Source: Thermoplasmata archaeon | Lineage (GTDB): Archaea; Thermoplasmatota; Thermoplasmata; Lutacidiplasmatales; UBA184 | Reading direction: 5' to 3' | Assembly: GCA_050011075.1 (NCBI GenBank) | Contig: JBEKJT010000001.1 | Location: forward strand, 1 to 39,748 | DNA length: 39,748 nt | Part shown: one piece after another, positions 22,430 through 32,453 of the stretch | Numbering within the stretch: the stretch's first letter is position 1 | Layout of the letters: every line of letters begins with the position of its first letter | The notes under the pieces: generated by a model | Seen by the model: only the letters and a program-made list of their open reading frames with translations | What the model was told of the DNA's origin: nothing | Database searches by the model: none | Program-made: the position numbers and the translations under genes

Positions 22430-23931
22430 AGAGCGACGAGCTGTTCGCACTGCTGCGCCGACGCGGAGTCCTCTGGCCGAGCGCGGAGATCTACGGCGGC
22501 GCCCAGGGGCTCTACGACTACGGTCCTCTCGGCGCGGCGCTGAAGCGGCGGGTCGAGGAGGCCTGGAAAGCCTGGTTCGTGGGCCTCTCGCACGATTACC
22601 ACGTCATCGACCCGGCCGAGATCCTCCCCGAAGCGGTCGTGCGCGCTTCCGGCCATCTCGAGAACTTCACCGACCCCGAGGTCACGTGCGAGAACTGCCA
22701 CAACGCGTTCCGGGCCGACACGGTCCTCGAGAAGGTCCGGCCCGAGGGCGTCGACGGGCTTTCTCCGACGGAAATCGCCGAGATCGTCCACTCCCGGGGC
22801 GTGAAGTGCCCGAGCTGCGGCTCGACGGCCTTGAGCGTGCCACGGCCGTTCAATCTGATGTTCGGCTTCGACTTTGGGGTGACCGGACGCGAGCGGGTCT
22901 ATCTTCGGCCGGAGACCGCGCAGAGCAGCTACCTCTCGTTCCCCCGCATGTGGGACGTCGGCCGTCGTGCGCTCCCGCTCGGGATCGCGGTCGTCGGGAA
23001 AGCCTACCGGAACGAGATCGCCCCCCGCCAGGTCCTGTTCCGGATGCGGACGTTCACGCAGTCGGAGCTTCAGATCTTCTTCGACCCCGAGGGCTTCCCG
23101 GTGCCGTTCGACCGGGTACGCGAGGAGAAGCTGCCGGTACTCCGGGCCGCGCGCCGGCTCACGGGTTCCGAGGAGGTGGAGCTCGTTTCCGCGGGGGACC
23201 TCGTGGCCACGGGAGGGCTGCCGGAGTTCTACGTGTTCCATCTCGCCCACAGCTACCGGTTCTACCGGGACGTGCTTGGCTTCCCGGCGGACCGCCTCCG
23301 TCTGCTCGAGAAGTCCGACCAGGAGCGGGCGTTCTACAACCGGATCCAGTTCGACATCGAGGCCGACCTCGAGAGCCTCGGCGGCTTCAAGGAGCTCGGG
23401 GCCGTCCATTACCGAGGAGACTACGACCTCGGTCGGCACGGGCAAGGCTCGGGAAGGGACCTCTCCGTCACGCTGACCGGAGGCCGGTCGATCCTCCCGC
23501 ATGTGCTCGAGCTGACCTCGGGGCCCGACCGGAACCTCTGGGCGCTCGCGGACCTCCACCTCGGAAAGGACGGCGAACGGACGCTCTGGCGCCTCCCGCC
23601 TTATCTCGCCCCTGTGACCGCAGGCGTCTTTCCGCTGATCCCGAAGGTGCACGCGGCGTTCGCCCTCCGCCTCGCCGACGACCTCGCGGCCGCCGGGGTC
23701 GACGTCCAGTACGACGACGCCGGGACGATCGGCAAACGGTATGCTCGCATGGACGAGGCCGGAACGCCGTTCTGCATCACGGTCGACGGGGAGACCGTAT
23801 CGGAGGGTCCGAACCGCGATACCGTGACCCTGCGCGAACGGGACTCGAAGGCCCAAAGCCGAGTACCGGTCGGAGTGCTCGCGGGTCGACTCGCGTCCTC
23901 GGCCCGGCCGCCTCACGCGTCCCGGGCCTGA
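22426..23931 (+). CDS. glyS: Glycine--tRNA ligase (archaeal/eukaryotic-type dimeric GlyRS)
   Basis: 'LLRRRGVLWPSAEIYGGAQGLYDYGPLG', 'YLRPETAQ', 'GKAYRNEIAPR' and the C-terminal anticodon-binding 'IGKRYARMDEAGTPFCITVD' are present. The start overlaps the upstream stop (ATGA). Confidence 0.9.
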   Translation: MKSDELFALLRRRGVLWPSAEIYGGAQGLYDYGPLGAALKRRVEEAWKAWFVGLSHDYHVIDPAEILPEAVVRASGHLENFTDPEVTCENCHNAFRADTVLEKVRPEGVDGLSPTEIAEIVHSRGVKCPSCGSTALSVPRPFNLMFGFDFGVTGRERVYLRPETAQSSYLSFPRMWDVGRRALPLGIAVVGKAYRNEIAPRQVLFRMRTFTQSELQIFFDPEGFPVPFDRVREEKLPVLRAARRLTGSEEVELVSAGDLVATGGLPEFYVFHLAHSYRFYRDVLGFPADRLRLLEKSDQERAFYNRIQFDIEADLESLGGFKELGAVHYRGDYDLGRHGQGSGRDLSVTLTGGRSILPHVLELTSGPDRNLWALADLHLGKDGERTLWRLPPYLAPVTAGVFPLIPKVHAAFALRLADDLAAAGVDVQYDDAGTIGKRYARMDEAGTPFCITVDGETVSEGPNRDTVTLRERDSKAQSRVPVGVLAGRLASSARPPHASRA

Positions 23932-23998
23932 CGCCGGTTCCGCCCTCTTTCCATAGCGGGCGAATCTCTTTATCTCGCCGTCGGGTCCCGGCTCGTCG

Positions 23999-24628
23999 AT
24001 GTCGACCGGCGGAGGGTCTCCCCCCGAGCCACCCAGTCACCCGACTCCTCTGGCCGCGCGCCAGTCCCGCTGGATCGGACAGGGGTACGCCGACATCACC
24101 AAGCTGCGCGAGGTCTCCGCCCGGCACGACCGCGCGGCGGGCCGCGCCCAGCAGCGCGCCTCCCGCCTCAATACCAAGATCGAGAAGCTCCGGCATCAGG
24201 CGACGATCCTCCGAGAGAAGAGCCAGCGCGCGCTCGCCGAGGTCCCCGAGATCGAACAGCAGATGAAGCAGCACGAACGGGACATCGAGGCGGCGACGAG
24301 CCGGACCGGAGGCGCTCCCATCGGCTCGGACGTCACGAGCCTCCATTACCGTGTTCGCAAGCTCCAGCAGAAGGTCGTCGACCGCCAGCAGAAAGCTCGG
24401 TCCCTCGAGCTGCGGGCCGCGACCAAGACACAGAAGACCGCAGAACTGAAGGTGAAGGTCGACCGGTACGTCGAGACCGCGCGCCTCGAGGAACAGGAGG
24501 CCGTGGCCTATCGCCAGCGGGCAGACCGTCTGCAGATGGTCACGGAGCAGGACGTCGCTTCGCACCTACGCGAGACCGCGGCCGCGACGAAGGGCACCGG
24601 CGCCGACGAGCCTCCCGGCACGCTATGA
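23999..24628 (+). CDS. Coiled-coil hypothetical protein
   Basis: The protein has Lys/Glu/Gln-rich heptad-like composition ('KIEKLRHQATILREKSQRALAEVPEIEQQMKQHERDIE'). Its stop overlaps the next ATG, and a TATA-like 'ctttatc' lies ~27 nt upstream. Confidence 0.55.
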   Translation: MSTGGGSPPEPPSHPTPLAARQSRWIGQGYADITKLREVSARHDRAAGRAQQRASRLNTKIEKLRHQATILREKSQRALAEVPEIEQQMKQHERDIEAATSRTGGAPIGSDVTSLHYRVRKLQQKVVDRQQKARSLELRAATKTQKTAELKVKVDRYVETARLEEQEAVAYRQRADRLQMVTEQDVASHLRETAAATKGTGADEPPGTL

Positions 24629-25167
24629 AGCTCATCGTCACCGTCGGCATGCCCGGCTCGGGCAAGGACGAGCTCCTCGGCGTGGCCCGTTCCATGGGCC
24701 TCGCGACCCTCAAGATGGGAGACCTGGTCCGCGAGGAGACGCGCCGCCGCGGGCTCCAACAATCGAACGCGAACGTCGCGCGCATCGCGTCCGAGGAACG
24801 CGACAAGCATGGCCTCGGGATCTGGGCCCAGCGGGCCCTCCCGAAGCTTACCGAGACGCGCATGCTCGTCGACGGATGCCGTTCGGACAGCGAGGTCACC
24901 GTCTTCCGCCACAACTTCGGCGACCTCTACGTGCTCGGCATCTTCGCCTCGCCCGAGACGAGACACGAGCGCATGTCGACCCGCGGGCGACCCGACGACG
25001 GGGTCGGTCTCCAGGAGTTCTACGACCGAGACCGCCGCGAGCTCAAGTGGGGGATCGGGAACGCCTTCGCCCTGGCGGACGGGATGCTCCTCAACGAGGG
25101 CACGCTCGACCAGTTCCGGCGCGAGGCCCGGACGACGCTCGAGCGGATCCTCGTCCGCGAAGAGTGA
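24625..25167 (+). CDS. P-loop nucleotide kinase-like protein (archaeal UPF0200 / dephospho-CoA-kinase-like family)
   Basis: 'MKLIVTVGMPGSGKDE' is a P-loop at the extreme N-terminus. The ~180-aa length and 'VDGCRS' fit this family. Confidence 0.7.
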   Translation: MKLIVTVGMPGSGKDELLGVARSMGLATLKMGDLVREETRRRGLQQSNANVARIASEERDKHGLGIWAQRALPKLTETRMLVDGCRSDSEVTVFRHNFGDLYVLGIFASPETRHERMSTRGRPDDGVGLQEFYDRDRRELKWGIGNAFALADGMLLNEGTLDQFRREARTTLERILVREE

Positions 25168-25176
25168 ATCGCGTCG

Positions 25177-25830
25177 CTACTCGTCGTCCATCGCGGTCGG
25201 CACGCCGCCCTCGAGGAGCGAGCGCACCGGTTCGAACCGCTCCCGGTCGACGACGACGGCGACCCGGGAACGCCCGTGCGCGAGCCGGGCGACCTCGCGC
25301 ACGAGATGGCGGTCGCGGGCCCGGGCGAACGCGCGCGAGCCACGGCCGGGCGCGACCTCCCGTTCCCAGGCGAGCGCGTACTCGTCCGGAGTCGACGGGC
25401 TCGGGGGGCTGCGGGAGACGCGGTGCTCGCGCACCGTGCGTCGGACGAGCTCGACGTAGCCGATGTGCTCGGCGAACAGGGAGGCCGAGCGTTCGTCGGA
25501 CGGGTCGAGCGCCTCCACGACCACGGGACGCGTCCGTCCCCAGGCCAGGACGCGGACGAACGAGGGGTTCGGCACTCGGACCTCCCCGAACCGCACGAGG
25601 CCCCGGACCTCGCTCGTCTCGATGGTGGTGAGCGGGACGATCGGTTCGGCCTCGGAGAGTACAAAGTAGTCCGTCAGGCCGCGCATCTCCTCGGCCGACA
25701 GGCCGAGGCCCACCGCCTCGGGTCCGAACGACTCGAGCACCGCGATGGTGCGGTCGGCCTCGGCATTGACCCCGCGGACGGGCGCGACCAGGAGGACCGG
25801 GCCCCCGCGGGGGACCTCGGCCGAGATCAC
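25177..25830 (-). CDS. Hypothetical protein, possibly a degenerate TraB/GumN-like fold
   Basis: The GTG at 25830 overlaps the upstream stop (GTGA). The family assignment rests only on layout ('LLVAPVRGVNAEADRTIAVLESFGPEAVGLGLS', C-terminal 'RDRHLVREV...VAVVVD') and is weak. Confidence 0.45.
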   Translation of the reverse strand: MISAEVPRGGPVLLVAPVRGVNAEADRTIAVLESFGPEAVGLGLSAEEMRGLTDYFVLSEAEPIVPLTTIETSEVRGLVRFGEVRVPNPSFVRVLAWGRTRPVVVEALDPSDERSASLFAEHIGYVELVRRTVREHRVSRSPPSPSTPDEYALAWEREVAPGRGSRAFARARDRHLVREVARLAHGRSRVAVVVDRERFEPVRSLLEGGVPTAMDDE

Positions 25831-26816
25831 GGCCGTTCCCGCTCGGTGATCTCGTCGAGAAGATCGTCCGGGTCTCGGTGACGCCTCAGCTCCTTGGCGT
25901 TGAGGACCGCGAGTCCGCCGATCGAGGGCCGGTGGACGCTCTCCCGGACGACGAACATCGCGTGACCTTCCGCCACGCGAGCGAGGCCTTGCAACATCTC
26001 CGCGCGGTGAAGCGCGGTGCGCAAGCTGCCGATCGCGGCCAGCAAGACGTCGGGGGTCCGGCCCACGGCGTCGAACGGGGCGCGCATCGTGACCGTGACC
26101 TCGAGGCCCATGCCGTCGAGCTGCTGCAGGATCCCGTCCCGCCAAGGGTCGCCGGTCGGCGGAAGCGTGCGCCCCGGGGCGTCCTTCTCGGAGGGGGAGG
26201 AAGCGTCGGTCGCGGGCGCCGTGGCCCGGGGCCGCGGACCGTCGAAGAGGTCCATCGGACGGACGACCGGTTCCCCGAGATACGTCTCGATCCGGTCGAT
26301 CACCGACATCTCGGCTCCGGCACCGTCCTCGTACAGCTGGATCGCCCGGCGCGACACGCCCGCGACGTTCGCGAGCGTTCCCAGCGATAGGCCGTGGACG
26401 ACGCGCAGGGCGCGCAGCCGCTCTCCGTCCACTCGGGCGAACGTGCCTCCCGGGCTCGCGTAGAGGAACGGAGGCAGGGCCTTCTCGAGGAACTCTTGCA
26501 GCGTCTCTTCGGTGATGATCGGGACGCCGTAGCGCGTGTACACGACCCCGGCGTCGAGGTCGGCGGCGCCCGAGGTCTGCCCGATCACGAGGACGATCGC
26601 GGGGAAGAGGTCCCCGAGCTCGCCCAGACGGCGCGCCTCGTCGGCGTCGAGGGCGTCGATGTTCTTCAGGACCTTGACCAGCAGCAGCATCTCATCGCGG
26701 CGGGCGGCCAGGTCGAAACTCGACGGCCGGATGCCGTGGGTATCGGCGACGTAGAATCCCGCGCGCTCGAGAAGAAAACGGATCCGCTCGATCCAACGCT
26801 CTCGCTGACCCGCCAC
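25827..26816 (-). CDS. Archaeal putative HTH-type (XRE) transcriptional regulator with an N-terminal endonuclease-like domain
   Basis: The N-terminus 'RIRFLLERAGFYV...FDLAARRDEMLLLVKVLKNID' and a central XRE HTH 'GLSLGTLANVAGVSRRAIQLYEDG' match the widespread archaeal ~320-aa family. Confidence 0.8.
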   Translation of the reverse strand: MAGQRERWIERIRFLLERAGFYVADTHGIRPSSFDLAARRDEMLLLVKVLKNIDALDADEARRLGELGDLFPAIVLVIGQTSGAADLDAGVVYTRYGVPIITEETLQEFLEKALPPFLYASPGGTFARVDGERLRALRVVHGLSLGTLANVAGVSRRAIQLYEDGAGAEMSVIDRIETYLGEPVVRPMDLFDGPRPRATAPATDASSPSEKDAPGRTLPPTGDPWRDGILQQLDGMGLEVTVTMRAPFDAVGRTPDVLLAAIGSLRTALHRAEMLQGLARVAEGHAMFVVRESVHRPSIGGLAVLNAKELRRHRDPDDLLDEITERERP

Positions 26817-26861
26817 CGTCCGACCCGATAGAAACTACTTACCACTCGTATATAAAGACGT

Positions 26862-27833
26862 ATGCCTGCTCCTCTCGAAAACCCTGGGCTGAGCGCGCTT
26901 CGAGTCCGGGCGGGGTGCGACGAGTTCGAAGCCCGCGTCCCGCGTCGTTCGGATTCTCGCGACGCGAAGCCTCTTGGCCCGGGATGGGTCGGGGGGCGTG
27001 TGGACGTCCGATTGGTCCCGGTCCCCGGTTCCCCCGCACTTCTCCTCGAGCCGGAAGACCGCCGACGCCCCCGAACGCTCGTCGTCTCCGACATCCACCT
27101 TGGGCTCGGAGGCACTCGGGCGCGTCCGGAGGGTCCACCCGAGGGCTCGGCGAACCGCCTCGCCGTGGACCTGGTAGGAATCATGCGCTCCACGCGGGCC
27201 GACGCCCTCGTGGTCGCGGGCGACGCCAAACACCCGATCGTCGGCACGCCGCCACCTCTACGACCCGTCGTGTTCCACTTCTTCGCCCGCCTCCTCGAAG
27301 AGGGAGTCCCGGTGGACCTCGTTCTCGGCAACCACGACGTAGGGATCGCGCCTCATCTGCCTCGGGAGGTAGGGGTGTATCCGGCCGCGGGCGTGATCCG
27401 GGACGGCGTGGGGATCTTTCACGGCCATCGTTGGCCGTCGAACGCCCTCCTGCGCGCCCGCCACTTGGTCGCCGGGCATCTCCATCCGGGCTTCCGACTC
27501 GCCCCGACGGCCGACGATCCCGACGGGAAGCGTCGCTGTTGGGTGCGGGTCGAGATCGCCCCGAGGCCCCTCGGCCCTCGACGGAGCCGCCGTCACGCCG
27601 AGCTCGCGGCCCGCGAGATCGTGGTGCTGCCCGCCTTCCATCCCCTCGCGGGCATCGAGGGATTGAACCGCCATCGACCCGGACGCGGGCGGTCGTTCCT
27701 CTACCAGCGATTCCTGTCGCGCGGGAGCCCCCGGGCGTACCTTCTGGACGGGACCGACCTCGGCCCGCTCCCTACGCCGACGGGACCCGGGCGCCCGCCG
27801 CGAGCGCGGTCCGAACGGCCGCCGGCTCCGTGA
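26862..27833 (+). CDS. Metallophosphoesterase (calcineurin-like)
   Basis: 'LVVSDIHLG', 'VVAGDAKH', 'LGNHD', 'FHGH' and 'AGHLHP' are the full set of metallophosphoesterase motifs. Confidence 0.8.
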   Translation: MPAPLENPGLSALRVRAGCDEFEARVPRRSDSRDAKPLGPGWVGGRVDVRLVPVPGSPALLLEPEDRRRPRTLVVSDIHLGLGGTRARPEGPPEGSANRLAVDLVGIMRSTRADALVVAGDAKHPIVGTPPPLRPVVFHFFARLLEEGVPVDLVLGNHDVGIAPHLPREVGVYPAAGVIRDGVGIFHGHRWPSNALLRARHLVAGHLHPGFRLAPTADDPDGKRRCWVRVEIAPRPLGPRRSRRHAELAAREIVVLPAFHPLAGIEGLNRHRPGRGRSFLYQRFLSRGSPRAYLLDGTDLGPLPTPTGPGRPPRARSERPPAP

Positions 27834-29886
27834 TGGGCGGAGCGCACGAGGTCCCGAAACAGACGAGCGCTCGGGGCTCGGCGGACCCCGAAGGGTCCTC
27901 GAGCTCGGCCGGAAGAGAGAACGGGTCCGGAGGGTGGCCGTCGAATACCCAGACGTTCGGATGCCAGGCACGGCGCGCCGCGGAGAGGAGATCTCGGGCG
28001 CGAGGACCCGCGCCTTCGACCACCACCGTCGCACTCGGAGTCTCAGCGAGCCCGGCCGCGAGCGCCGAGCCGGCGGCGAACAGACCCGAACCACCGATGC
28101 GTGCGGAGACGGGAACCAAAAGCGCGACCGCCCGCTGATGCCAGAGGTCATCGTGGAGCAGCGAGGACAGGCGAAGGAAACCGAGCGCGGCCGCCGCGTT
28201 CGCCGAAAGGTGGGGGCTGTCCTCGAGAGGGTACGACGGCTCGGTCACCCCTCCGACGGAGGGCCCGTCGTAGAGGCGAGGGGAGATGTCCCGGAGGAGG
28301 CCGTCCTCACCTCGGAATTCTCGGTCGACCAGTTCGAGCAGATGGACCGCCGGCGCGAGATAGTCGGGGCTCGCCAGCGCGCCGGCGAGCTCGATGAGCC
28401 CCGCCGCGAAGGCGACCTGGTCCTCGAGGAGGCCGTACCCCTGGGCCCCCGAAGGGTCGAGGCGGTGGGCAACACCGCGCTCGGGGACGTACGCCTCCCG
28501 GAGCAGCCGGTCGGCCGCCTTCCGTGCGTCCGCGAGAACGCTCGCGTCTCCGAGGTACGTCCCGGCACGGGCGAACGCCCCGATGAACCGCCCGTTGATG
28601 TCCGCGTAGATCGCGCGGTCCACGGTCGGGACGGGACGGCGCCCGCGCACGGCGCGCAGCTTCGCGAGCCCCCGGGCCAGCGTCGCTTCCGCGCGTTCGG
28701 GCCGCTCGAGGCCCTGGGCCGCGTCGGCGAGCGGAAGCATTCGGTACAGGACGTTGCGTTCGGGGTCGTGAGGCATGCGCCCGTCGGTCCCTACGCCGAA
28801 GAACCGCGTGATGAGCTTCGCCTCCTCTGGGTCGAGCGCATCCTTCAACTCCGGGCGGCTCCACGTGAAGTACCCTCCGTCGTCCCCCGGAGCGTTGTCC
28901 GCATCCTGGCTCGCCCCGAAGCCCCCGGCCGGGTCGGCGAGCACTTCCCGGACCCAGCCGAGCGTTCCCCGTACGACCTCGGCGAAACGAGGTTCGTCGA
29001 ATCGCTGGGCTCCTTCGACGTAGGCGTTCAGGAGTGCGGCGTTGTCGACCCCCATCTTCTCGAAGTGAGGGATGTGCCAGCCTTCGTCCACCGAGTAGCG
29101 ATGGAATCCGCCGCCCACCTGGTCGTAGAGGCCCCCGTCGGCCATCCTCACGAGGGTCTCCCGAGCGCGCTCGGCGCTCGTGGGGACATTGTGGGCGAAC
29201 GCGTCCCACAGCAGTAGGGAGACGGCGGTCGGATGCGGGAACTTCGGCGCCATGCCGAAGCCTCCGTGGACCGGGTCGTAGCTCGAAAGGATCTCGCCCC
29301 GCACGTTCGCGATGAACATCTCCTGCGGAACGGCGGCCCTTCCCCGGGCGTCCCGCGTGCGCTGGAGCACGCCTTGGATCGCCTGAGCGTTCTCCCGGAT
29401 CCGCTCGGGCTCCTCGGTCCAGAGTCGTGCGACCTCTTTCAACACTCGGCGGAACCCGGGACGGCCGTGGCCGTCCGACGGGGGGAAGTAGGTACCCCCG
29501 AGGAATACCTCCCCCTCGGGCGTGAGGAACCCCGTGAGCGGCCACCCGCCCTCACCGGTGAGCGCACCGACCTGGCGCTGGTAACGTCGGTCGACCTCCG
29601 GATTCTGGTCGCGGTCGACCTTCACCGCGACGAAGTGCTGCTCGAGGAGCCGGCCGACCTCGGCATCCGAGTACGTACCCTCGTCCATCACGTGGCACCA
29701 GTGGCACCAGGAGGCTCCGATGTCGAGCAGGATCGGACGGTGCGTTCGCTTCGCGAGCGCGAACGGCTCGGGGCCCCACGGATGCCAGTCGATCGCCTGC
29801 TCGGCCGCGGCCCGCAGGTACGCCGAGGAGGCGTGGGCCAACCTCGATCCCGCGCGCCGCTCCTCCGTGTCCGATGTTGGAGCCAT
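27772..29886 (-). CDS. Thioredoxin-domain (DUF255) plus six-hairpin glycosidase-like protein, YyaL/SSP411 family
   Basis: 'IDWHPWGPEPFALAKRTHRPILLDIGASWCHWCHVMDEGTYSD' matches the family at ~700 aa. The start is ATG 29886 (MAPTSDTEE). The upstream 274 aa of track ORF 27772..30708 are antisense to psmA. Confidence 0.9.
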   Translation of the reverse strand: MAPTSDTEERRAGSRLAHASSAYLRAAAEQAIDWHPWGPEPFALAKRTHRPILLDIGASWCHWCHVMDEGTYSDAEVGRLLEQHFVAVKVDRDQNPEVDRRYQRQVGALTGEGGWPLTGFLTPEGEVFLGGTYFPPSDGHGRPGFRRVLKEVARLWTEEPERIRENAQAIQGVLQRTRDARGRAAVPQEMFIANVRGEILSSYDPVHGGFGMAPKFPHPTAVSLLLWDAFAHNVPTSAERARETLVRMADGGLYDQVGGGFHRYSVDEGWHIPHFEKMGVDNAALLNAYVEGAQRFDEPRFAEVVRGTLGWVREVLADPAGGFGASQDADNAPGDDGGYFTWSRPELKDALDPEEAKLITRFFGVGTDGRMPHDPERNVLYRMLPLADAAQGLERPERAEATLARGLAKLRAVRGRRPVPTVDRAIYADINGRFIGAFARAGTYLGDASVLADARKAADRLLREAYVPERGVAHRLDPSGAQGYGLLEDQVAFAAGLIELAGALASPDYLAPAVHLLELVDREFRGEDGLLRDISPRLYDGPSVGGVTEPSYPLEDSPHLSANAAAALGFLRLSSLLHDDLWHQRAVALLVPVSARIGGSGLFAAGSALAAGLAETPSATVVVEGAGPRARDLLSAARRAWHPNVWVFDGHPPDPFSLPAELEDPSGSAEPRALVCFGTSCAPPITEPAAVRTALAAGARVPSA

Positions 29887-30042
29887 GAGTGCTAGGGCTC
29901 GGGGCGCCTCTAAAGATTGTCGGGATTCCCGGGGCGGGGGAGAGAAAGGTCCGTGGGTCGCTCCGTAACCGGCTGACCGCCGCGTTACTGCCCCGGTGCC
30001 CGTTATAAGGGCGACCTTGGTGCCGGGCTCGAGGCAGCGCCG

Positions 30043-30798
30043 ATGGAGATGCAACCGGGCCAGATGGCCTACGACCGGGCGATCACGGTCTTCTCGCCGG
30101 ACGGACGGCTTTTCCAGGTCGAGTACGCTCGCGAGGCGGTCCGGCGGGGCGCGACCACGGCGGGCGTCGTCTACACGGAAGGGGTCGTCCTGATCGCCGA
30201 CCGGCGGATCCCCAATCCCAAGCTCGCCGAGGCGTCCAGTCTCGAGAAGATCCATCAGATCGACGAGAACATCGCTTGCGCCACGGCCGGCCTCGTCGCC
30301 GACGCCCGGGTGCTCGTCGACTACGCGAGGCTCGCCGCGCAGGTCAACCGCGTCACCTACTCCGAGCCGATGTCCGTCGAACTCCTCGTGCGCCGGATCT
30401 GCGACTACAAGCAACAGTACACCCAGTTCGGCGGAGTCCGCCCGTTCGGGACGGCGCTGCTGGTTGGGGGCTACGACGACAGCGGCATTCACCTCTTCGA
30501 GACCGAACCGTCCGGCTCGCTCACGAGCTTCAAGGCCGCCAGCACCGGAGGGAACAAGGGCCCCGTGATGGACCTCTTCGAACAGAAGTACCGTCCCGGG
30601 ATCGACCGCGACGCCGCGATCCTCCTCGCGCTCGAGGGCCTGCGGGCTGGTCTGGACGAGGGAGGGAACCTCGGCCAGGTCGAGGTCTGTACCGTCGAGC
30701 GGGACCACGGGATGACCCGGCTCCCCTCGGATGAGGTCCAGAAGTTCGTCGGGCGACTTCCTCCGGCGGGCGGAACGGGTAAGAGCGCCCGCGCCTAG
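30043..30798 (+). CDS. psmA: Proteasome subunit alpha
   Basis: 'YDRAITVFSPDGRLFQVEYAREAV' is the alpha-subunit signature. A TATA-like 'gttataag' lies ~35 nt upstream. Confidence 0.95.
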   Translation: MEMQPGQMAYDRAITVFSPDGRLFQVEYAREAVRRGATTAGVVYTEGVVLIADRRIPNPKLAEASSLEKIHQIDENIACATAGLVADARVLVDYARLAAQVNRVTYSEPMSVELLVRRICDYKQQYTQFGGVRPFGTALLVGGYDDSGIHLFETEPSGSLTSFKAASTGGNKGPVMDLFEQKYRPGIDRDAAILLALEGLRAGLDEGGNLGQVEVCTVERDHGMTRLPSDEVQKFVGRLPPAGGTGKSARA

Positions 30799-30824
30799 GC
30801 CCGCCTCAGCCGGGGCGTGCCCCC

Positions 30825-31520
30825 ATGGTCAAAGTCGAGGATGCCGTCATCGCCCGCTGGGAGACCGGGGGCTCTCGTTTCGAGGTCCTCGTCGACCCGC
30901 AGGCCGTGCAGGACCTGAAGGATGGCAAGGACGTCGACCTCTCCGACAAGCTCGCGCTCGACCAGGTCTTCAAGGACGCGAAGAAGGGCGACAAGATCAG
31001 CGAGGAGCACCTCGAGCGGACGTTCCACACCCGCAATCTTGCGCAGATCGCGAAGCTGATCGTCCAGAAGGGCGAGGTCCAGGTCACGACCGAACAACGC
31101 CATTTGCTCCAGGCGGCGAAGCACCGACAGATCGTCGCGGTGATCGCCCGGAACGCGATGAACCCCCAGACCGGCGCGCCCCACCCGCCCGCGCGGATCG
31201 AAGCCGCGATGACGGAGGCGAAAGTGCACATCGACCCGTTCAAGCCGGTGGACGCCCAGGTGCAGGAGATCCTCGCGAAGCTCCGCCCCCTGATCCCGAT
31301 CCGCCTTGACGTCGCCAAGGTCCGGATCAAGATCCCGGGACAGTTCTATCCGAGGACGATCGGCGAGATCAAGGGTCTTGGGCGGCTCCTGGAGGAGCAG
31401 TGGCTCTCGGACGGCAGCTGGACCGGGGTCGTCGAGATCCCCGCCGGCATCCAGACCGAGCTCTACGAGAAGCTGAGCGCCCGTACGAAGGGAGCCGCCG
31501 AGACCGCTTTGGTTAAATAG
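30825..31520 (+). CDS. SBDS/Sdo1-family ribosome maturation protein
   Basis: 'VIARWETGGSRFEVLVDP...VFKDAKKGDKISEEHL...LIVQKGEVQVTTEQR' fits SBDS, and the gene is in the canonical position after psmA. Confidence 0.9.
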   Translation: MVKVEDAVIARWETGGSRFEVLVDPQAVQDLKDGKDVDLSDKLALDQVFKDAKKGDKISEEHLERTFHTRNLAQIAKLIVQKGEVQVTTEQRHLLQAAKHRQIVAVIARNAMNPQTGAPHPPARIEAAMTEAKVHIDPFKPVDAQVQEILAKLRPLIPIRLDVAKVRIKIPGQFYPRTIGEIKGLGRLLEEQWLSDGSWTGVVEIPAGIQTELYEKLSARTKGAAETALVK

Positions 31521-31557
31521 GATATTCCCGTCGAGCGCCCCCGGTGCAGCAAGAAAC

Positions 31558-32424
31558 ATGTCACGAGGGCATCGGCCCGACCGCCGCCGGCGTGGCCGCG
31601 AGGCAGGATCCTCGCCCGCGTCGGGGGAAAGGGTGCTAGTTCTTCCGGGCGAAGAGATCGCAAGCCACGGCCTGAAACCCGGACCCGGAACCTATCGGGT
31701 CGGCGGCAAGGTCTACGCAAGCATCCTCGGCCTCCTTTCTTCCCGGCCTCCGTTCGTCCAGGTCATCCCCCTTTCGGGACGCTATATCCCCAAACCGAAC
31801 GACGTCGTCATCGGGACCGTCACCGACGTCCAGACGACCTTCTGGCTGCTCAACATCGACGCGCCCCGCTGGGCGCCCCTTCACATGACCGGGACCCCCT
31901 GGAAGGTCGACATCGGAGAATGCGAGCGCTACCTCAAGGTCGGGGACGCGGTCGTTGTCCAGGTCGAGAACCTCGACGCAACCGGGCGGATCGGCGTGAC
32001 GATGAACGGCGAAGGGCTCGGCAAGCTGGAGGGAGGCACGATCGTCACGATCTCCCCGGCCCGCGTGCCCCGCGTCGTCGGCCGCGGCGGCTCGATGATC
32101 CAGACGATCACTCGTCACACCGGCGCCCAGATCGCAGTCGGACAGAACGGCCGGGTCTGGGTCGGCGGCAGCCCCGAGGCGATCCGACGGGTCTCGGCGG
32201 TCCTCTGGATGATCGACGAGGACGGCCAGCGTTCCGGCCTCACCGAACGGGTGGAGAGCTACCTGCTCGCCACGATGCCGACCAACGAGGCCGGAAGCGA
32301 GGAGCCGCGGCGCGAGAGCGCCCATCGCGATGCCCCGGCGGCGCCGTTCGTCGAGGACGACGAAGGGGAGGGGGCTGCGGAACCGGACGACGGTCCCGAG
32401 GAGCCCAATCCCGACCTGAATTGA
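31558..32424 (+). CDS. rrp4: Exosome complex RNA-binding subunit Rrp4 (S1 + KH)
   Basis: The S1 region is 'PKPNDVVIGTVTDV...' and the KH region is 'VPRVVGRGGSMIQTI'. The acidic C-terminal tail and the exact start are uncertain. Confidence 0.9.
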   Translation: MSRGHRPDRRRRGREAGSSPASGERVLVLPGEEIASHGLKPGPGTYRVGGKVYASILGLLSSRPPFVQVIPLSGRYIPKPNDVVIGTVTDVQTTFWLLNIDAPRWAPLHMTGTPWKVDIGECERYLKVGDAVVVQVENLDATGRIGVTMNGEGLGKLEGGTIVTISPARVPRVVGRGGSMIQTITRHTGAQIAVGQNGRVWVGGSPEAIRRVSAVLWMIDEDGQRSGLTERVESYLLATMPTNEAGSEEPRRESAHRDAPAAPFVEDDEGEGAAEPDDGPEEPNPDLN

Positions 32425-32453
32425 TGCGTACCAACGTGTAAGGAGAGAGAACC

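Noticed and set aside
22348-24266. ORFs 22348..23916 (-) and 22686..24266 (+), each longer than 500 aa
   Set aside because: They are antisense and off-frame shadows of the GlyRS gene. They have low-complexity R/G/P composition and no motifs.
29887-30708. N-terminal 274 aa of ORF 27772..30708
   Set aside because: It runs antisense through psmA. YyaL/DUF255 homology begins at MAPTSDTEE (ATG 29886).
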